64,000 nt of DNA, taken from Oligoflexales bacterium (GTDB lineage: Bacteria > Bdellovibrionota_B > Oligoflexia > Oligoflexales > JAPPIL01). The notes under the pieces were generated by a model, which ran no database searches, was not told the DNA's origin, and worked only from the letters and a program-made list of their open reading frames with translations. This document shows, one piece after another, positions 47,495 through 56,929 of the stretch (its first letter is position 1; each line of letters starts with the position of its first letter). The stretch covers positions 736,001-800,000 of the forward strand of contig OZ244057.1 in the NCBI GenBank assembly GCA_965215515.1, given 5' to 3'. Made by a program: the position numbers and the translations under genes.

Positions 47495-48334
47495 ATGGCA
47501 GAGAAGTGGTATATCGTTGAACAGTTTGGCAAGGTCGGGCCTTTTTCGCTGCAAGACATGTTGAGTAGCGTGGAGAGGGGGGATTACGATTACTCGATCA
47601 CGGTGGAGTCGGCAACCACGCAACAACGCACTACCCTTACCGAGCTTATCGCCAAGAAGAAAAAAGCACGTCGCGCCAAGAAGAAACGCGCTGATGCAGA
47701 TGCAACTCGCATCGTGCCAAGTGAGAGACGACGCAATCTCGAAGTCATCGGCTCACCTTCTGCTGAGGGTAATGTATCTCCCGAGCCGAACCGCAGAGGA
47801 AAAACCACCGCTGAGCATGCCAGTAGTCTCAGCCACACGAACAGGAGATACCGTCTTCCGCGTGACAACAGCAGATCGCTGTTAGTGATACCAGCCATGC
47901 TCGCGGGTGGTGTCGTCTCGTTGGCATTGTTTTACGGGGTGCAAAAACTCACCGTCGCAGGTGAAGGAGGTTCAGAGACAACCGCCAATATCGTTGACTT
48001 ACCGCTTGACCCAGAGGAATTTACCCCTATCGACACTTATGAGACAGAAAAAGGTGGGGGAAGGAAACCCAAGGCCCTAGACATCAAAACGGCGCGCAGG
48101 AAGAGCAACCAAGTCGTGTTGCTCGGCCCTCTGTCCTTCAGCAAATCAGAACTTTATCGCTGTCGTGTCAAATGCAAAATTGAGTTCAAGGACACCCGTG
48201 GCAGCCATATTACGGGGGTGTTTTTTGCTCAAGCCTTCAAGAACGAGTTGTTAAAACGCACGCGCCGTGTGCTGGTTAAAGGGCGGATTTCCGCTGATGG
48301 CAGGGAGTTGTATTTGCAAAGCATCAGCCCCTAG
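47495..48334 (+). CDS. GYF_2-like domain membrane protein
   Basis: N-terminal WYIVEQFGKVGPFS, one TM segment and a C-terminal beta-rich domain. Confidence 0.65.
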   Translation: MAEKWYIVEQFGKVGPFSLQDMLSSVERGDYDYSITVESATTQQRTTLTELIAKKKKARRAKKKRADADATRIVPSERRRNLEVIGSPSAEGNVSPEPNRRGKTTAEHASSLSHTNRRYRLPRDNSRSLLVIPAMLAGGVVSLALFYGVQKLTVAGEGGSETTANIVDLPLDPEEFTPIDTYETEKGGGRKPKALDIKTARRKSNQVVLLGPLSFSKSELYRCRVKCKIEFKDTRGSHITGVFFAQAFKNELLKRTRRVLVKGRISADGRELYLQSISP

Positions 48335-48362
48335 TGCCATGATTTTTGTCACGAGAACGAGT

Positions 48363-48938
48363 TCACCGCAGTGTCCACAACTCTTCCTTCACCCTAAAGG
48401 CGTGTAGGATGTGGCGAGCGAGAGCGAAACACCAATCACTGAGGCGATTGAGATAGGCGATCAGTTCTGGACGCAGCGGGTAATCCCCCCGCAGCAAAAC
48501 ACACAGTTTACGTTCCGCCCGCCGACAGACAGTACGACAGATATGCACCCGCGACACAAGCACATGACCACGGGGGAGAACGAAATTGCGCAACGGCGGC
48601 AACGGTGCGATGAACGCGTCGATCTCCGCCTCCAAGCGCTCTATGTCAGCCGCAACAAGCTCTTGCCTCTTCCCCCGCATGCGTGGCAGGGCGGCGATCT
48701 CCGTACCGAGCTTGAACAACTCATGCTGAATGCGCTGCAACGACACGAGCGGCTCCCTCCACGCCCACTCGTCGTGCACCTGCAAGCTGTCATGCAGCAG
48801 ACCGACGTGGGCATTCAACTCATCGACCGTGCCATACGCACAGACAAGTGCATCATCCTTGCCCACCCGTGTGCCTGTTGCCAGTGCCGTCTTGCCCTCA
48901 TCACCGCCACGGGTATACAGGGGTGGTTGCTTCGCCAT
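48363..48938 (-). CDS. Cob(I)alamin adenosyltransferase, PduO type
   Basis: YTRGGDEG.T, AYGTVDELN, RTVCRRAER and YLNRLSD. Confidence 0.93.
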   Translation of the reverse strand: MAKQPPLYTRGGDEGKTALATGTRVGKDDALVCAYGTVDELNAHVGLLHDSLQVHDEWAWREPLVSLQRIQHELFKLGTEIAALPRMRGKRQELVAADIERLEAEIDAFIAPLPPLRNFVLPRGHVLVSRVHICRTVCRRAERKLCVLLRGDYPLRPELIAYLNRLSDWCFALARHILHAFRVKEELWTLR

Positions 48939-48995
48939 CGCTACCGACCAGTCGCCACGCACGTGAGCACAACAGTCCTCCAAATTACAGTACCG

Positions 48996-50078
48996 TCAGA
49001 CACCGAGATAGAACGACAACCCTAACACCAGCGAGAACACATGATGGCCATGCTCGAGAGCAGCCTCGATGTCGGCGACCATCTTCTCCTTGTCGTTCCC
49101 GTATTCCTCCAGCAATTCGCTATCACGCGGCTCGCCGTCCAGCTTGAAGGAACTGCTGATGGTCAGCGGGGAGATGATCGCGGTGACACCCAGCCCCAGT
49201 CCGTATACACCCATCGAGAAGTCTTTGCGCGCGGAAAAGCGCACGGAAGCTACGCTCGCGCTAGATTTACCCACAAAGGCATCTTCTGTCACTATTTTTT
49301 CCACCACTACTCTGTCACTCACCGTTTCATCCCTCATGCGCGTCGTGTCGATACTGACACTGGACATGGTAAACTCTCCCCCTAGCGCGAGCCTGAGATC
49401 GAAATCGGGAACATGCAGAAGAAAAAAGTCAAGCCAGAAGTTTATCTCATGGCTCTTATACTCCGAAGAATAGTGTTCGTCCGATCCCTCTTTAAGAATG
49501 TCGACGGTAGCGCGCGGTGACGTGTTGATGAGCGTCCAGCGTCCCCCCATCGCAATCGACATCGTCGGTGTGATGAATATTTCGCCCTCCGCCCCACCGC
49601 TGCCCCACGGAAACCTGCGTGCTAGCCAGCTCTCTATCTGGTCATTTTCGGCGACTCTTGCATCAGACAGGGGTAGAAAAGGACCATCTGTGTTTTCGCC
49701 TTCCTCGATAGTGTTGAGATAATTGAACTGTGAACGCGCCATGAGACCAGGAGTATAGAGAAGGCGAAAGATAAAGCTGTGACCGCCAGCAGCACCACCT
49801 CTACCGCCACCGCCGTCGACCTCGTGGGTCATGCCCTTCTTCAAGCGGCGGAAGCGTTTCTTGCTCTTGACCCTGACGTAAGACTTGTCTTCCTTCACCT
49901 TCACCACCTTGCCGCACGCTCGCTTGCGGCCGCTGGCACTGTAAAAGCACACCTTATCGCCCTTGCTGACATCGCTATCGTCGATGACCACAACACGGCG
50001 CTTATTCAGCAACTTGGTAATCGCTGCCTGAACCTCGCTGCTGAAAAAAATAAGTAACACAAATGCCGCAAGCCTCAT
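48996..50078 (-). CDS. Hypothetical exported protein with basic N-terminal domain and probable beta-barrel
   Basis: Signal peptide, Gly linker and amphipathic strands ending in LGLSFYLGV. Confidence 0.7.
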   Translation of the reverse strand: MRLAAFVLLIFFSSEVQAAITKLLNKRRVVVIDDSDVSKGDKVCFYSASGRKRACGKVVKVKEDKSYVRVKSKKRFRRLKKGMTHEVDGGGGRGGAAGGHSFIFRLLYTPGLMARSQFNYLNTIEEGENTDGPFLPLSDARVAENDQIESWLARRFPWGSGGAEGEIFITPTMSIAMGGRWTLINTSPRATVDILKEGSDEHYSSEYKSHEINFWLDFFLLHVPDFDLRLALGGEFTMSSVSIDTTRMRDETVSDRVVVEKIVTEDAFVGKSSASVASVRFSARKDFSMGVYGLGLGVTAIISPLTISSSFKLDGEPRDSELLEEYGNDKEKMVADIEAALEHGHHVFSLVLGLSFYLGV

Positions 50079-50102
50079 CCTGAAGTACTCCCCGCAACGG
50101 GC

Positions 50103-51167
50103 TTACCGTTTTGCAATCGTTCCCTGTCGCCAGTCATGTGCGTCTACCAACCACGATGCAGACACTGTACCAAAAATATCTACCCTCTGCGTCGAGTGCA
50201 ACTGCACCAGCATGGTATAGTCACCCGCTGGTAATTGTTGCAAAAACTCGCCATCCAGCTCCATCCTTCCATCCTTGGGGTCGGCAAAACACTCACCTTG
50301 TGCCCCCTTATCGTCACCAGTGAAGGAAATACTGAGGCGCATTTTAGGGGTGGGGTTGGCGATTTTCCACCGCACCTCGACAGGTGCGTTCACCTTGCCA
50401 AGTCTCCGCTGCGTCATCAGAGTACCGACGAGGGCGAAGTCGCCATGTCCCCCATCGATGCTCACCGCACGCAACCGTGCGGGCGGCTTGAGCGTGAACA
50501 GCGTCTCTATCTCGGCAAGCACGTAGCGGAAATCCCATTCCTGCTCGTCGGCAAAATCTTCGTAGTTTAAACGCACATAGTTTGCGTCGTGAGCATGATA
50601 CCGTGCCGATGCCTCCCCAAAGCCAACGGTCGCTAGCTCGGTAATACCGAATGGCACCGCAGCATGCTTGAAAACCTCGTCCCCACCAGACGTAGCCCGA
50701 CAACCAGACACAGTCGCGGCGTGCTCGGGCATAGGCATGCCCTCAACTTGCACCACCTCCGCAGTCATCAGAGGAACGTTGAGCTTGAGGCGGAAATCAT
50801 GCTCCCCCCGCCGCACTCCCCGCCAGGTGTAGGTGCGTTGACTGGCCTCGCCCCCTTCAGGGCGCAGATGCAACACGAGCTCCTGCCTACGGGCGGGGTC
50901 AAGTTTCCCCAACTGTGCCTGCCACGTGCTCTTGCTCGCCGCAGGCTTGTTGCACGCATAGCTGGTATTATCCATCACGACATCACATTGCAACGCGAGC
51001 TCGGAACGAAAAGCAAAAGTTACCGCCCCATCCACCGAGATAAACTGCACGCTACTATCGAGCGCATCCCCCCGCCTGCTCTGTACTTTGCAGTTGCTCA
51101 TAAACAACGAAAAAATAAACAAAACCAAATATAAACAACCGCCATCGCCAGCCGTACAAAAGGCCAA
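50103..51167 (-). CDS. Hypothetical exported protein or lipoprotein
   Basis: Hydrophobic segment ending in MSNC; start position uncertain. Confidence 0.65.
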   Translation of the reverse strand: MAFCTAGDGGCLYLVLFIFSLFMSNCKVQSRRGDALDSSVQFISVDGAVTFAFRSELALQCDVVMDNTSYACNKPAASKSTWQAQLGKLDPARRQELVLHLRPEGGEASQRTYTWRGVRRGEHDFRLKLNVPLMTAEVVQVEGMPMPEHAATVSGCRATSGGDEVFKHAAVPFGITELATVGFGEASARYHAHDANYVRLNYEDFADEQEWDFRYVLAEIETLFTLKPPARLRAVSIDGGHGDFALVGTLMTQRRLGKVNAPVEVRWKIANPTPKMRLSISFTGDDKGAQGECFADPKDGRMELDGEFLQQLPAGDYTMLVQLHSTQRVDIFGTVSASWLVDAHDWRQGTIAKR

Positions 51168-51364
51168 ACACCTCCTCCATCGCCCATCATCAAGACAAAC
51201 AAGTGCTGGTTATATTTTAACAAACCGTAGAGCTGTTGCAAAATCTGCGAGTGCCAAAGGTTTGGTTGTCGGTATCAACGCGATACTTTTGCTACGCCGC
51301 TTTGAACACAACCTTTGTATGGTATTGTAATAATTAAAATTCGTATATTGACAATGTTTATGTG

Positions 51365-51388
51365 TGTAGATGCCCCCGTAAAAAACGC
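51365..51388 (+). repeat. IS3-like terminal repeat copy upstream of the Rpn pseudogene
   Basis: TGTAGATGCCCCCGTAAAAAACGC. Confidence 0.65.
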
Positions 51389-52238
51389 TAGAGTCTCCAT
51401 GTTTCTTTGTGCTACCTTGCTAATTAGTTATTTGATTTGGGGAGATAGGTTTGTGGCTGGAGAGCAAAGGGGAATGCGGGGTAGGCATCTGCAGGCTGGC
51501 CATCCACATGATGCCATCTTTCAAAAGATCTACAAAAATAAAGAATTTGTGCAAGAAATTGTGGCGCTAAGCTTCACCGAGGCAGAGTTAGAGGTGTTAG
51601 ACTTAACTAGGGTGCGCATCGATGAGAGCGAAGCGAGGGATATTGCAGGCAAGAGTCGCCGCCCTGATCTTGTCGTCTCTGTCGATCTCAAAGGCGATGC
51701 AGGTGAGCCGCCGCTAACCATCTGCATAGTTTTTGAGTTCAAGGCGCATAGGGTAAACGATGTTCTTCTACAGATCAAGGAGTACCACACGGAACTGTGT
51801 CGTCGCACAGGTGGCATCGTCATTCCTATCGTTTTGCTGTGTTGCGAGGACGAGAATTTCGCTCCTCCTAGTGACTACAACAGTTGGGTGTTCAGGAATA
51901 GGAGGGGGGAGATACCTGCGGCGGTGCAGTCGCTGTAACATCTCAATCCTAATTTTTTCTGTAAAATCATAAATCTGCACAAACTGTCGGACAGTGTTTT
52001 GCGTCGGGCTGAATCTACGGGGGTAGTTATCGAGGCTATTCGCCGTTTTTGGCGTGCGACGGAAGAAGATGTGGCGTTGCTGTTGCGGAAAGCGCGTGAG
52101 ATTCCAGCTGTGCACAGGGGTATTGTGATGATTCCGCTAACGGACTACTATGAATATACCGATGGGGGGTTTGGGAGGGGTGAGTTTGATCGCATTGAGC
52201 GGGAGTATTGGCCAGGTCTACGTGAGGAGGAGAGACTT

Positions 52239-52559
52239 ATGCCCACGATAGAATTCAGTCTTGACAAGGCGGAGAGGCGTGGTGTTGAGCGTGGTCTCAG
52301 GCAGGGTATCGAACAGGGTATCGAACAGGGCATCGAACAGGGTATCGAACGGGGCATCGAACGGGGCATCGAACAAGGTATTGAACGGGGCATCGAGCAA
52401 GGTATTGAACAGGGCATCGAACAGGGCATCGAGCGGAAGCAGCGGGATGTTATCGCTCGGATGCTGGCGAAAGGTATGCCTGACGAGCAGATCTGTGATG
52501 TTATACAGCTCAGCGGAGAAGAGCTGGCCGACATTAAGCGCACTCTCAACCGTGGCTAG
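52239..52559 (+). CDS. Putative intragenic small protein (RpnS-like, 106 aa)
   Basis: Strong SD AGGAGG 8 nt before the ATG of MPTIEFSL; the ORF includes the repeats and the HTH tail. Confidence 0.65.
   Translation: MPTIEFSLDKAERRGVERGLRQGIEQGIEQGIEQGIERGIERGIEQGIERGIEQGIEQGIEQGIERKQRDVIARMLAKGMPDEQICDVIQLSGEELADIKRTLNRG
52302..52433 (+). repeat. 11 tandem 12-bp units encoding (Q/R)GIE
   Basis: cagggtatcgaa-type units over 132 bp. Confidence 0.95.
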
Positions 52560-52628
52560 CGAACAACGTGCTGACTGCCCACCCCCATCTACATGCTTTG
52601 CAAAGCGGTGGCAACTATTGCGTACCCT
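52560..52628 (+). repeat. 69-bp direct repeat, copy 2
   Basis: 65/69 nt identical to 40977-41045; begins immediately after the Rpn stop codon. Confidence 0.92.
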
Positions 52629-54574
52629 TCATTTTTGGGGGTAAAACGCAATTTTTGTCCAATTTTAATGACAAGCCCCGCTTTTTTTACATCGTGAGGG
52701 AAAAACATCAGATTACTCTTGGCGAGATTTTGCCCCGCAATACTTAACCAGCCAACCCGCTGCGGATCATACCAAGTAACCGTGCCGACAAACTCCTGCA
52801 GGGTAGCTTTGCTATCGATAACCAATGCTCCTGCACTTTTGATCGTCGTCAACGCTTTTCTACAGGCAGTAGTCTTGCTATCCCCATCACGAGTAAAAAC
52901 ATACAGCATGTGCTGAGCCCGTGTGCTGGCAACGTAAAACAAACTAGACATAATAGGATGCTCAATGGGTAACTGATATTCACTGAGGTTAACCAAAATA
53001 GCAATACGACTCTCCAAGCCCTTGAAAGCCTGAATAGTTGCCAACAATAAACTACCCTGCGGTTGCTCCGCCAACCCCGTTTTGCCCCGCTGCTGCCGTA
53101 AACGAAAACGATGTAAAGGCAAACCCGCCACCTCTCGTACACCCCTGAACAAAGATACATTAGCATTTGGTTCTCGCCCTGACAAAATAGCAATCTCATG
53201 GGGTTTTACCATCTCTTGCTTAACAAGATAGGTGATCAGCTTTTGCAATTGCGCTAAAAAATCTTGTTGCTGCCGATAAACAAACAAACGTGGCTCGTAG
53301 CCAAGTCGGCCACAGTGACTTTGTAAAATGGAATCACCAGTTCTAAATGCACGTGCAAAGGTGGCAATTTCACGGGTAGTACGGTAATTATGAACGAGAG
53401 GAAAATAAGGTGCAGGGATAGGCAACACCACATCAGGATCAAATTTTTCTTGTTTACCACCCGAACCAAAAATCCCCTGACTGCGATCGAAGAACAAATA
53501 AAAACGTGCCTCACGCCCTTGCAATAGCTCCCGCAACGCTTGCCACCAAAAGGGCTGCACGTCCTGTGCTTCATCACAAATTAAAACATCATAAAAATTT
53601 TTTTGCTGGCGAATTTTTTTCTCTAAGGTTTCAGGAGCAGCAAATTGCATCCAATCTTCACGGCTACCTCTATGCGTATCGGGCGGTATAAGCATGTTCA
53701 CACCAAAAGAAGTCGCCAATTCAAGATAAGTGTTAACCTGTGCAGTATCAGCAAGTTCTGCTTTTATTGCCAGACTTTGCAGCGGGTTAGACGATAGTAG
53801 CAACACTTTTTGCCCGACATTACTAAAATGTCGTGCTAACAAAACAGCTAACATACTCTTCCCTGTGCCTGCTTCGCCCTCAATACCAAGCCAACGACTG
53901 CTGCTCAACGGCGTAACTAAAGTTTCGTGAATAGTATCGAGATCACGCAAACGTAAATCGTGACTATCGATGTAATCACGCACATAAAGACGAGAGGTGA
54001 AAGTTGTCCCCAGCAAAAATTTAGTAAGTTTCTTTCCGACGTCACTAAAAGTGCGAAATTTTTCAGGAATTGACCGCTGCATAATGGTGAGTAGTGATTT
54101 TTCAAGACTTTCATAACGTTGACGACCGATGACAATCGCTGGCTCAATGGCAGCGCTGACAGGTAACTCATCCTCATGCACAGAAGGAAAACATACCGCA
54201 TGACAGACAGGTACACGCAAACGCTGTTGTTTCAACTGCAACAAAAACCTGCTCTTCCAGACTAAGGCTTGCTGAAACGGATTTTTAATTGGAAACAATT
54301 CATCAAAACGATTTAGGGAGAAAAATTTGCCCTCTGTATGCCGTATCCGACCCCCCTTAACTTCAACCACCACAATGCCATACCGTGGATGATAGAGCAC
54401 AAAATCCATTTCATTGTCGAGCATCCCCCTGCCTTCTTCGAGGGCCGCAAGGTTACAGGAATAGTATATTTGCCAATGTCTGGAAAATTTTTTGCATTTA
54501 CGGTAAAAGTTTTCTTCCGCTCTGCTCTGAAACACTACCCGTGTTCTGTTTATGTCTGGCATTACCTGTGCCAT
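52589..54574 (-). CDS. NERD nuclease + SF1 (UvrD/DUF2075-like) helicase + cold-shock-like domain protein
   Basis: EMDFVL...VEVKGG, GEAGTGKS, DEAQD, NYRTT, FKGLE and YVASTRAQ. C-terminal GTVTWYD...GWL...FFPHD. The DNA is AT-rich. Confidence 0.88.
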   Translation of the reverse strand: MAQVMPDINRTRVVFQSRAEENFYRKCKKFSRHWQIYYSCNLAALEEGRGMLDNEMDFVLYHPRYGIVVVEVKGGRIRHTEGKFFSLNRFDELFPIKNPFQQALVWKSRFLLQLKQQRLRVPVCHAVCFPSVHEDELPVSAAIEPAIVIGRQRYESLEKSLLTIMQRSIPEKFRTFSDVGKKLTKFLLGTTFTSRLYVRDYIDSHDLRLRDLDTIHETLVTPLSSSRWLGIEGEAGTGKSMLAVLLARHFSNVGQKVLLLSSNPLQSLAIKAELADTAQVNTYLELATSFGVNMLIPPDTHRGSREDWMQFAAPETLEKKIRQQKNFYDVLICDEAQDVQPFWWQALRELLQGREARFYLFFDRSQGIFGSGGKQEKFDPDVVLPIPAPYFPLVHNYRTTREIATFARAFRTGDSILQSHCGRLGYEPRLFVYRQQQDFLAQLQKLITYLVKQEMVKPHEIAILSGREPNANVSLFRGVREVAGLPLHRFRLRQQRGKTGLAEQPQGSLLLATIQAFKGLESRIAILVNLSEYQLPIEHPIMSSLFYVASTRAQHMLYVFTRDGDSKTTACRKALTTIKSAGALVIDSKATLQEFVGTVTWYDPQRVGWLSIAGQNLAKSNLMFFPHDVKKAGLVIKIGQKLRFTPKNEGYAIVATALQSM

Positions 54575-54651
54575 CTCTTTCCCCCCCACCGCGTATCGGC
54601 AGACGGAGTTTCTCGCTGTAGTGTTTCCAGGTGGGAGGGTAGGCGATGTGG

Positions 54652-55845
54652 TTAAGTTGTTTTTTTTAATTCTTGTAAACCCTTAGCCAGCAGAGCCAAT
54701 GCTTCCTGCGTGTACCGCTCGGGCGCGGTGCAGCTAAGCCTGATATGCCTCTCCACACCAAAAGACTCGCCAGGGACGACGATCAGTTTGTGTTTGTCGA
54801 ACAGCCATTCCGAGAAAGCGAGCGCTGTAGGGCAAGAGGTGCGTGTCAACCAGGCAGGCAGCTGCGGAAAAGTATAGAACGCTCCTTGGGCAGGTGTAAA
54901 AACCAACTCTGGTAACATGTCACGCAGCCACTGTTGCAGTTTTTGTAATTTTGTGGCGATGGTGTCAATCATCTCCTGCATCAAGGTTTTACCTTGTGTC
55001 AAAGCGAAGATAGCCGCGCTCTCGGTGAAGGAAGGCAAGCAGGTGGTGGAGTGGCTTTGGAGTTTTCTGATGTTGGCGATAATATCTTTGTTGCCTAGAG
55101 CATAACCGACACGCCAGCCAGTCATGGCAAAACCTTTGGAGAGGCCATTGATGAGGATGGTGCGGTCTCGCAACTGGGGGCAGACGTTTAGGATAGAATA
55201 GTGCCGCCGTTCGTTGTTGAAGTTGAGGTATTCGTAAATCTCATCGCTGATAATCCACCAGTTTTGGCTCTGTAGATAAGCACCCAGTTCCTCGTAAGCA
55301 GCGCGACTCGGCACATGCCCTGTGGGGTTGTGGGGAAAATTCAACACTATCGCTCTAGTGCGCGGTGTCGCCCAACGCGCTAATTGCTCGACACGAGGCA
55401 AGGGCTGTGTAGCATCGTAAGGCACAACCACCGCCTTCGCCTCGCATATTTTAGCTTGTTCGAGATAACTAACCCAATGCGGTGCAAGGAGGATAACCTC
55501 ATCGCCGCGAGCGAGAATCGACAGGAAACTGTGCAGGAGCACCTCCTTCGTGCCACAACCGCAGACAACTTCATCTTCTCTGTAGTCGAGTTGGTTCTCA
55601 CGCTTGTATTTGGCTACCACTGCACGCCGCAACTCAGCCGTTCCTCCCGCGGTGGAATAGTAGACATGCCCCGTAGCCATCGTTGCCATCGCCCTCTGCA
55701 CGATTGCAGAGGGAGTCGGTATCCCTGGCTCTCCTTGTGCGAGGCTGTGGAAACCAATTCCCTGGGCACGCAAGGCGCGCGCCTTGGTGTTTAAGCCGAT
55801 GGTCAGAGACGGACGCAACGCCGACATGCGCGGGGCAAGATGCAT
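54652..55845 (-). CDS. PLP-dependent class I/II (aspartate-type) aminotransferase
   Basis: GEP, NFPHNPTG, SDEIYE and NGLSKGFAMTGWRVGY. Confidence 0.93.
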   Translation of the reverse strand: MHLAPRMSALRPSLTIGLNTKARALRAQGIGFHSLAQGEPGIPTPSAIVQRAMATMATGHVYYSTAGGTAELRRAVVAKYKRENQLDYREDEVVCGCGTKEVLLHSFLSILARGDEVILLAPHWVSYLEQAKICEAKAVVVPYDATQPLPRVEQLARWATPRTRAIVLNFPHNPTGHVPSRAAYEELGAYLQSQNWWIISDEIYEYLNFNNERRHYSILNVCPQLRDRTILINGLSKGFAMTGWRVGYALGNKDIIANIRKLQSHSTTCLPSFTESAAIFALTQGKTLMQEMIDTIATKLQKLQQWLRDMLPELVFTPAQGAFYTFPQLPAWLTRTSCPTALAFSEWLFDKHKLIVVPGESFGVERHIRLSCTAPERYTQEALALLAKGLQELKKTT

Positions 55846-55874
55846 GATACAACAACTCCCTGTCGTCGAGAGGA

Positions 55875-56069
55875 GAGTCGCAGAGCCTGTGTAGCGGGAA
55901 CCCACCTTCGACTAGGTGGGTGTCTCGGCTGACGCTTTAGGCTTCCTCCTAGCCTGCAGATGACTACTGAAGATCGTACCCATCGCAGGCGGCGGCTCGC
56001 TCACCACGCAGACACCAGACTCCCAATAAATACGTATCGGTTCCAACGTATGGACATGCTCTGCAACTC
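55875..56069 (-). ncRNA. ssrS: 6S RNA
   Basis: About 195 nt. Terminal stem GAGTTGCAGAGC/GCTCTGCGACTC, with conserved GAACCGATA..ATTGGGAG, GGAAGCCTAAAGCG and CACCCACCT..GTGGGTTC segments. A sigma70 promoter lies directly upstream. Confidence 0.88.
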
Positions 56070-56075
56070 GGCCGT

Positions 56076-56104
56076 ATTGTAGCTCACGTGTCGTCGTGTG
56101 TCCA
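56076..56104 (-). promoter_or_regulatory. Sigma70 promoter of the 6S RNA
   Basis: TGGACA-17 bp-TACAAT, ending 6 nt before the RNA 5' stem. Confidence 0.8.
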
Positions 56105-56173
56105 CGCTTTTTTAGGCTAGCTCAGAGACGAGCTACGCCAGAATGGCGTGGTAGTTTTGTAGAGGGAGGCGGC

Positions 56174-56929
56174 TCAAAAATTAACCAGCCCATATCGGTC
56201 GGCAAATTTTTCGTTCATGCTGCGGTCGATTAGCGATGGTTTGAGCATTGAAAGGCTGACGTAGCCTGTGTCGACGGCGACACAGTCGGTACCTGGGGTT
56301 TTGTCGTCGAAACCGCCAAAAGTCCAGCCCATCCAGTAGTAGGGGATGTTACGGGGGTTAGGGGCTTGGTAGAATTTTTTTTCGTAGTGACGTGTGCCGA
56401 GGGTAGCGAAGCGCATGCCTTTGATTTTATCGACAGGCAGATTGGGAATGTTGACGTTGAGGACGCGCCCTGCTGGCACGTGGGGGGCGAATTTTTGCAG
56501 CGCACGGCGTAGTACTGTTTCTGCACTGTCGAAGTGGTACGGTGGCAAGCCACACAGTGACAAGGCGATGGCAGGCAGATCGTTCATGGCAGCCTCGATC
56601 GCCGCGGCGACTGTGCCTGAATAAATGGTGTCTTGACCGAGATTTGCCCCGTGGTTGACCCCGCTGATGACGAGGTCGGGTTTCGTGCCTGCGAGCAGTT
56701 CGTGCAGGGCAAACTTGATGCAATCAGCGGGTGTGCCGCCGAGTGCGTAGACATGTTCCCGTATCTTGCGCAGGCGCAAGGGCTCGTCTTTGGTAATGGA
56801 ATGGCTTTTGCCCGACTGCTCGGTGAAGGGGGCAACGGCGAGAAAGTCACCGCGCGCCTCGGCCACGGCAACGGCGGTGGTGAGACCCTCGGCATTGATG
56901 CCATCGTCGTTGGTCAGTAAAATTTTCAA
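56174..56929 (-). CDS. surE: 5'/3'-nucleotidase SurE
   Basis: KILLTNDDG, GTPADC and SGVNHGANLG...YSGTV. The TTG start overlaps the upstream stop. Confidence 0.96.
   Translation of the reverse strand: MKILLTNDDGINAEGLTTAVAVAEARGDFLAVAPFTEQSGKSHSITKDEPLRLRKIREHVYALGGTPADCIKFALHELLAGTKPDLVISGVNHGANLGQDTIYSGTVAAAIEAAMNDLPAIALSLCGLPPYHFDSAETVLRRALQKFAPHVPAGRVLNVNIPNLPVDKIKGMRFATLGTRHYEKKFYQAPNPRNIPYYWMGWTFGGFDDKTPGTDCVAVDTGYVSLSMLKPSLIDRSMNEKFADRYGLVNF

Larger units (their letters stand above)
51453..52559 (+). pseudogene. Rpn/YhgA-like gene interrupted by a single in-frame TAA (51936-51938)
   Basis: HPHDAIF, RPDLV..FEFKAH and VIPIV motifs. Reading through the TAA continues in frame (HLNPNFFCKIINL...) into ORF 51999-52559. 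Confidence 0.88.

Noticed and set aside
51936..51938. Programmed recoding (Sec/Pyl or an alternative genetic code) at the Rpn internal stop
   Set aside because: The codon is TAA, which terminates many ordinary genes in this window.
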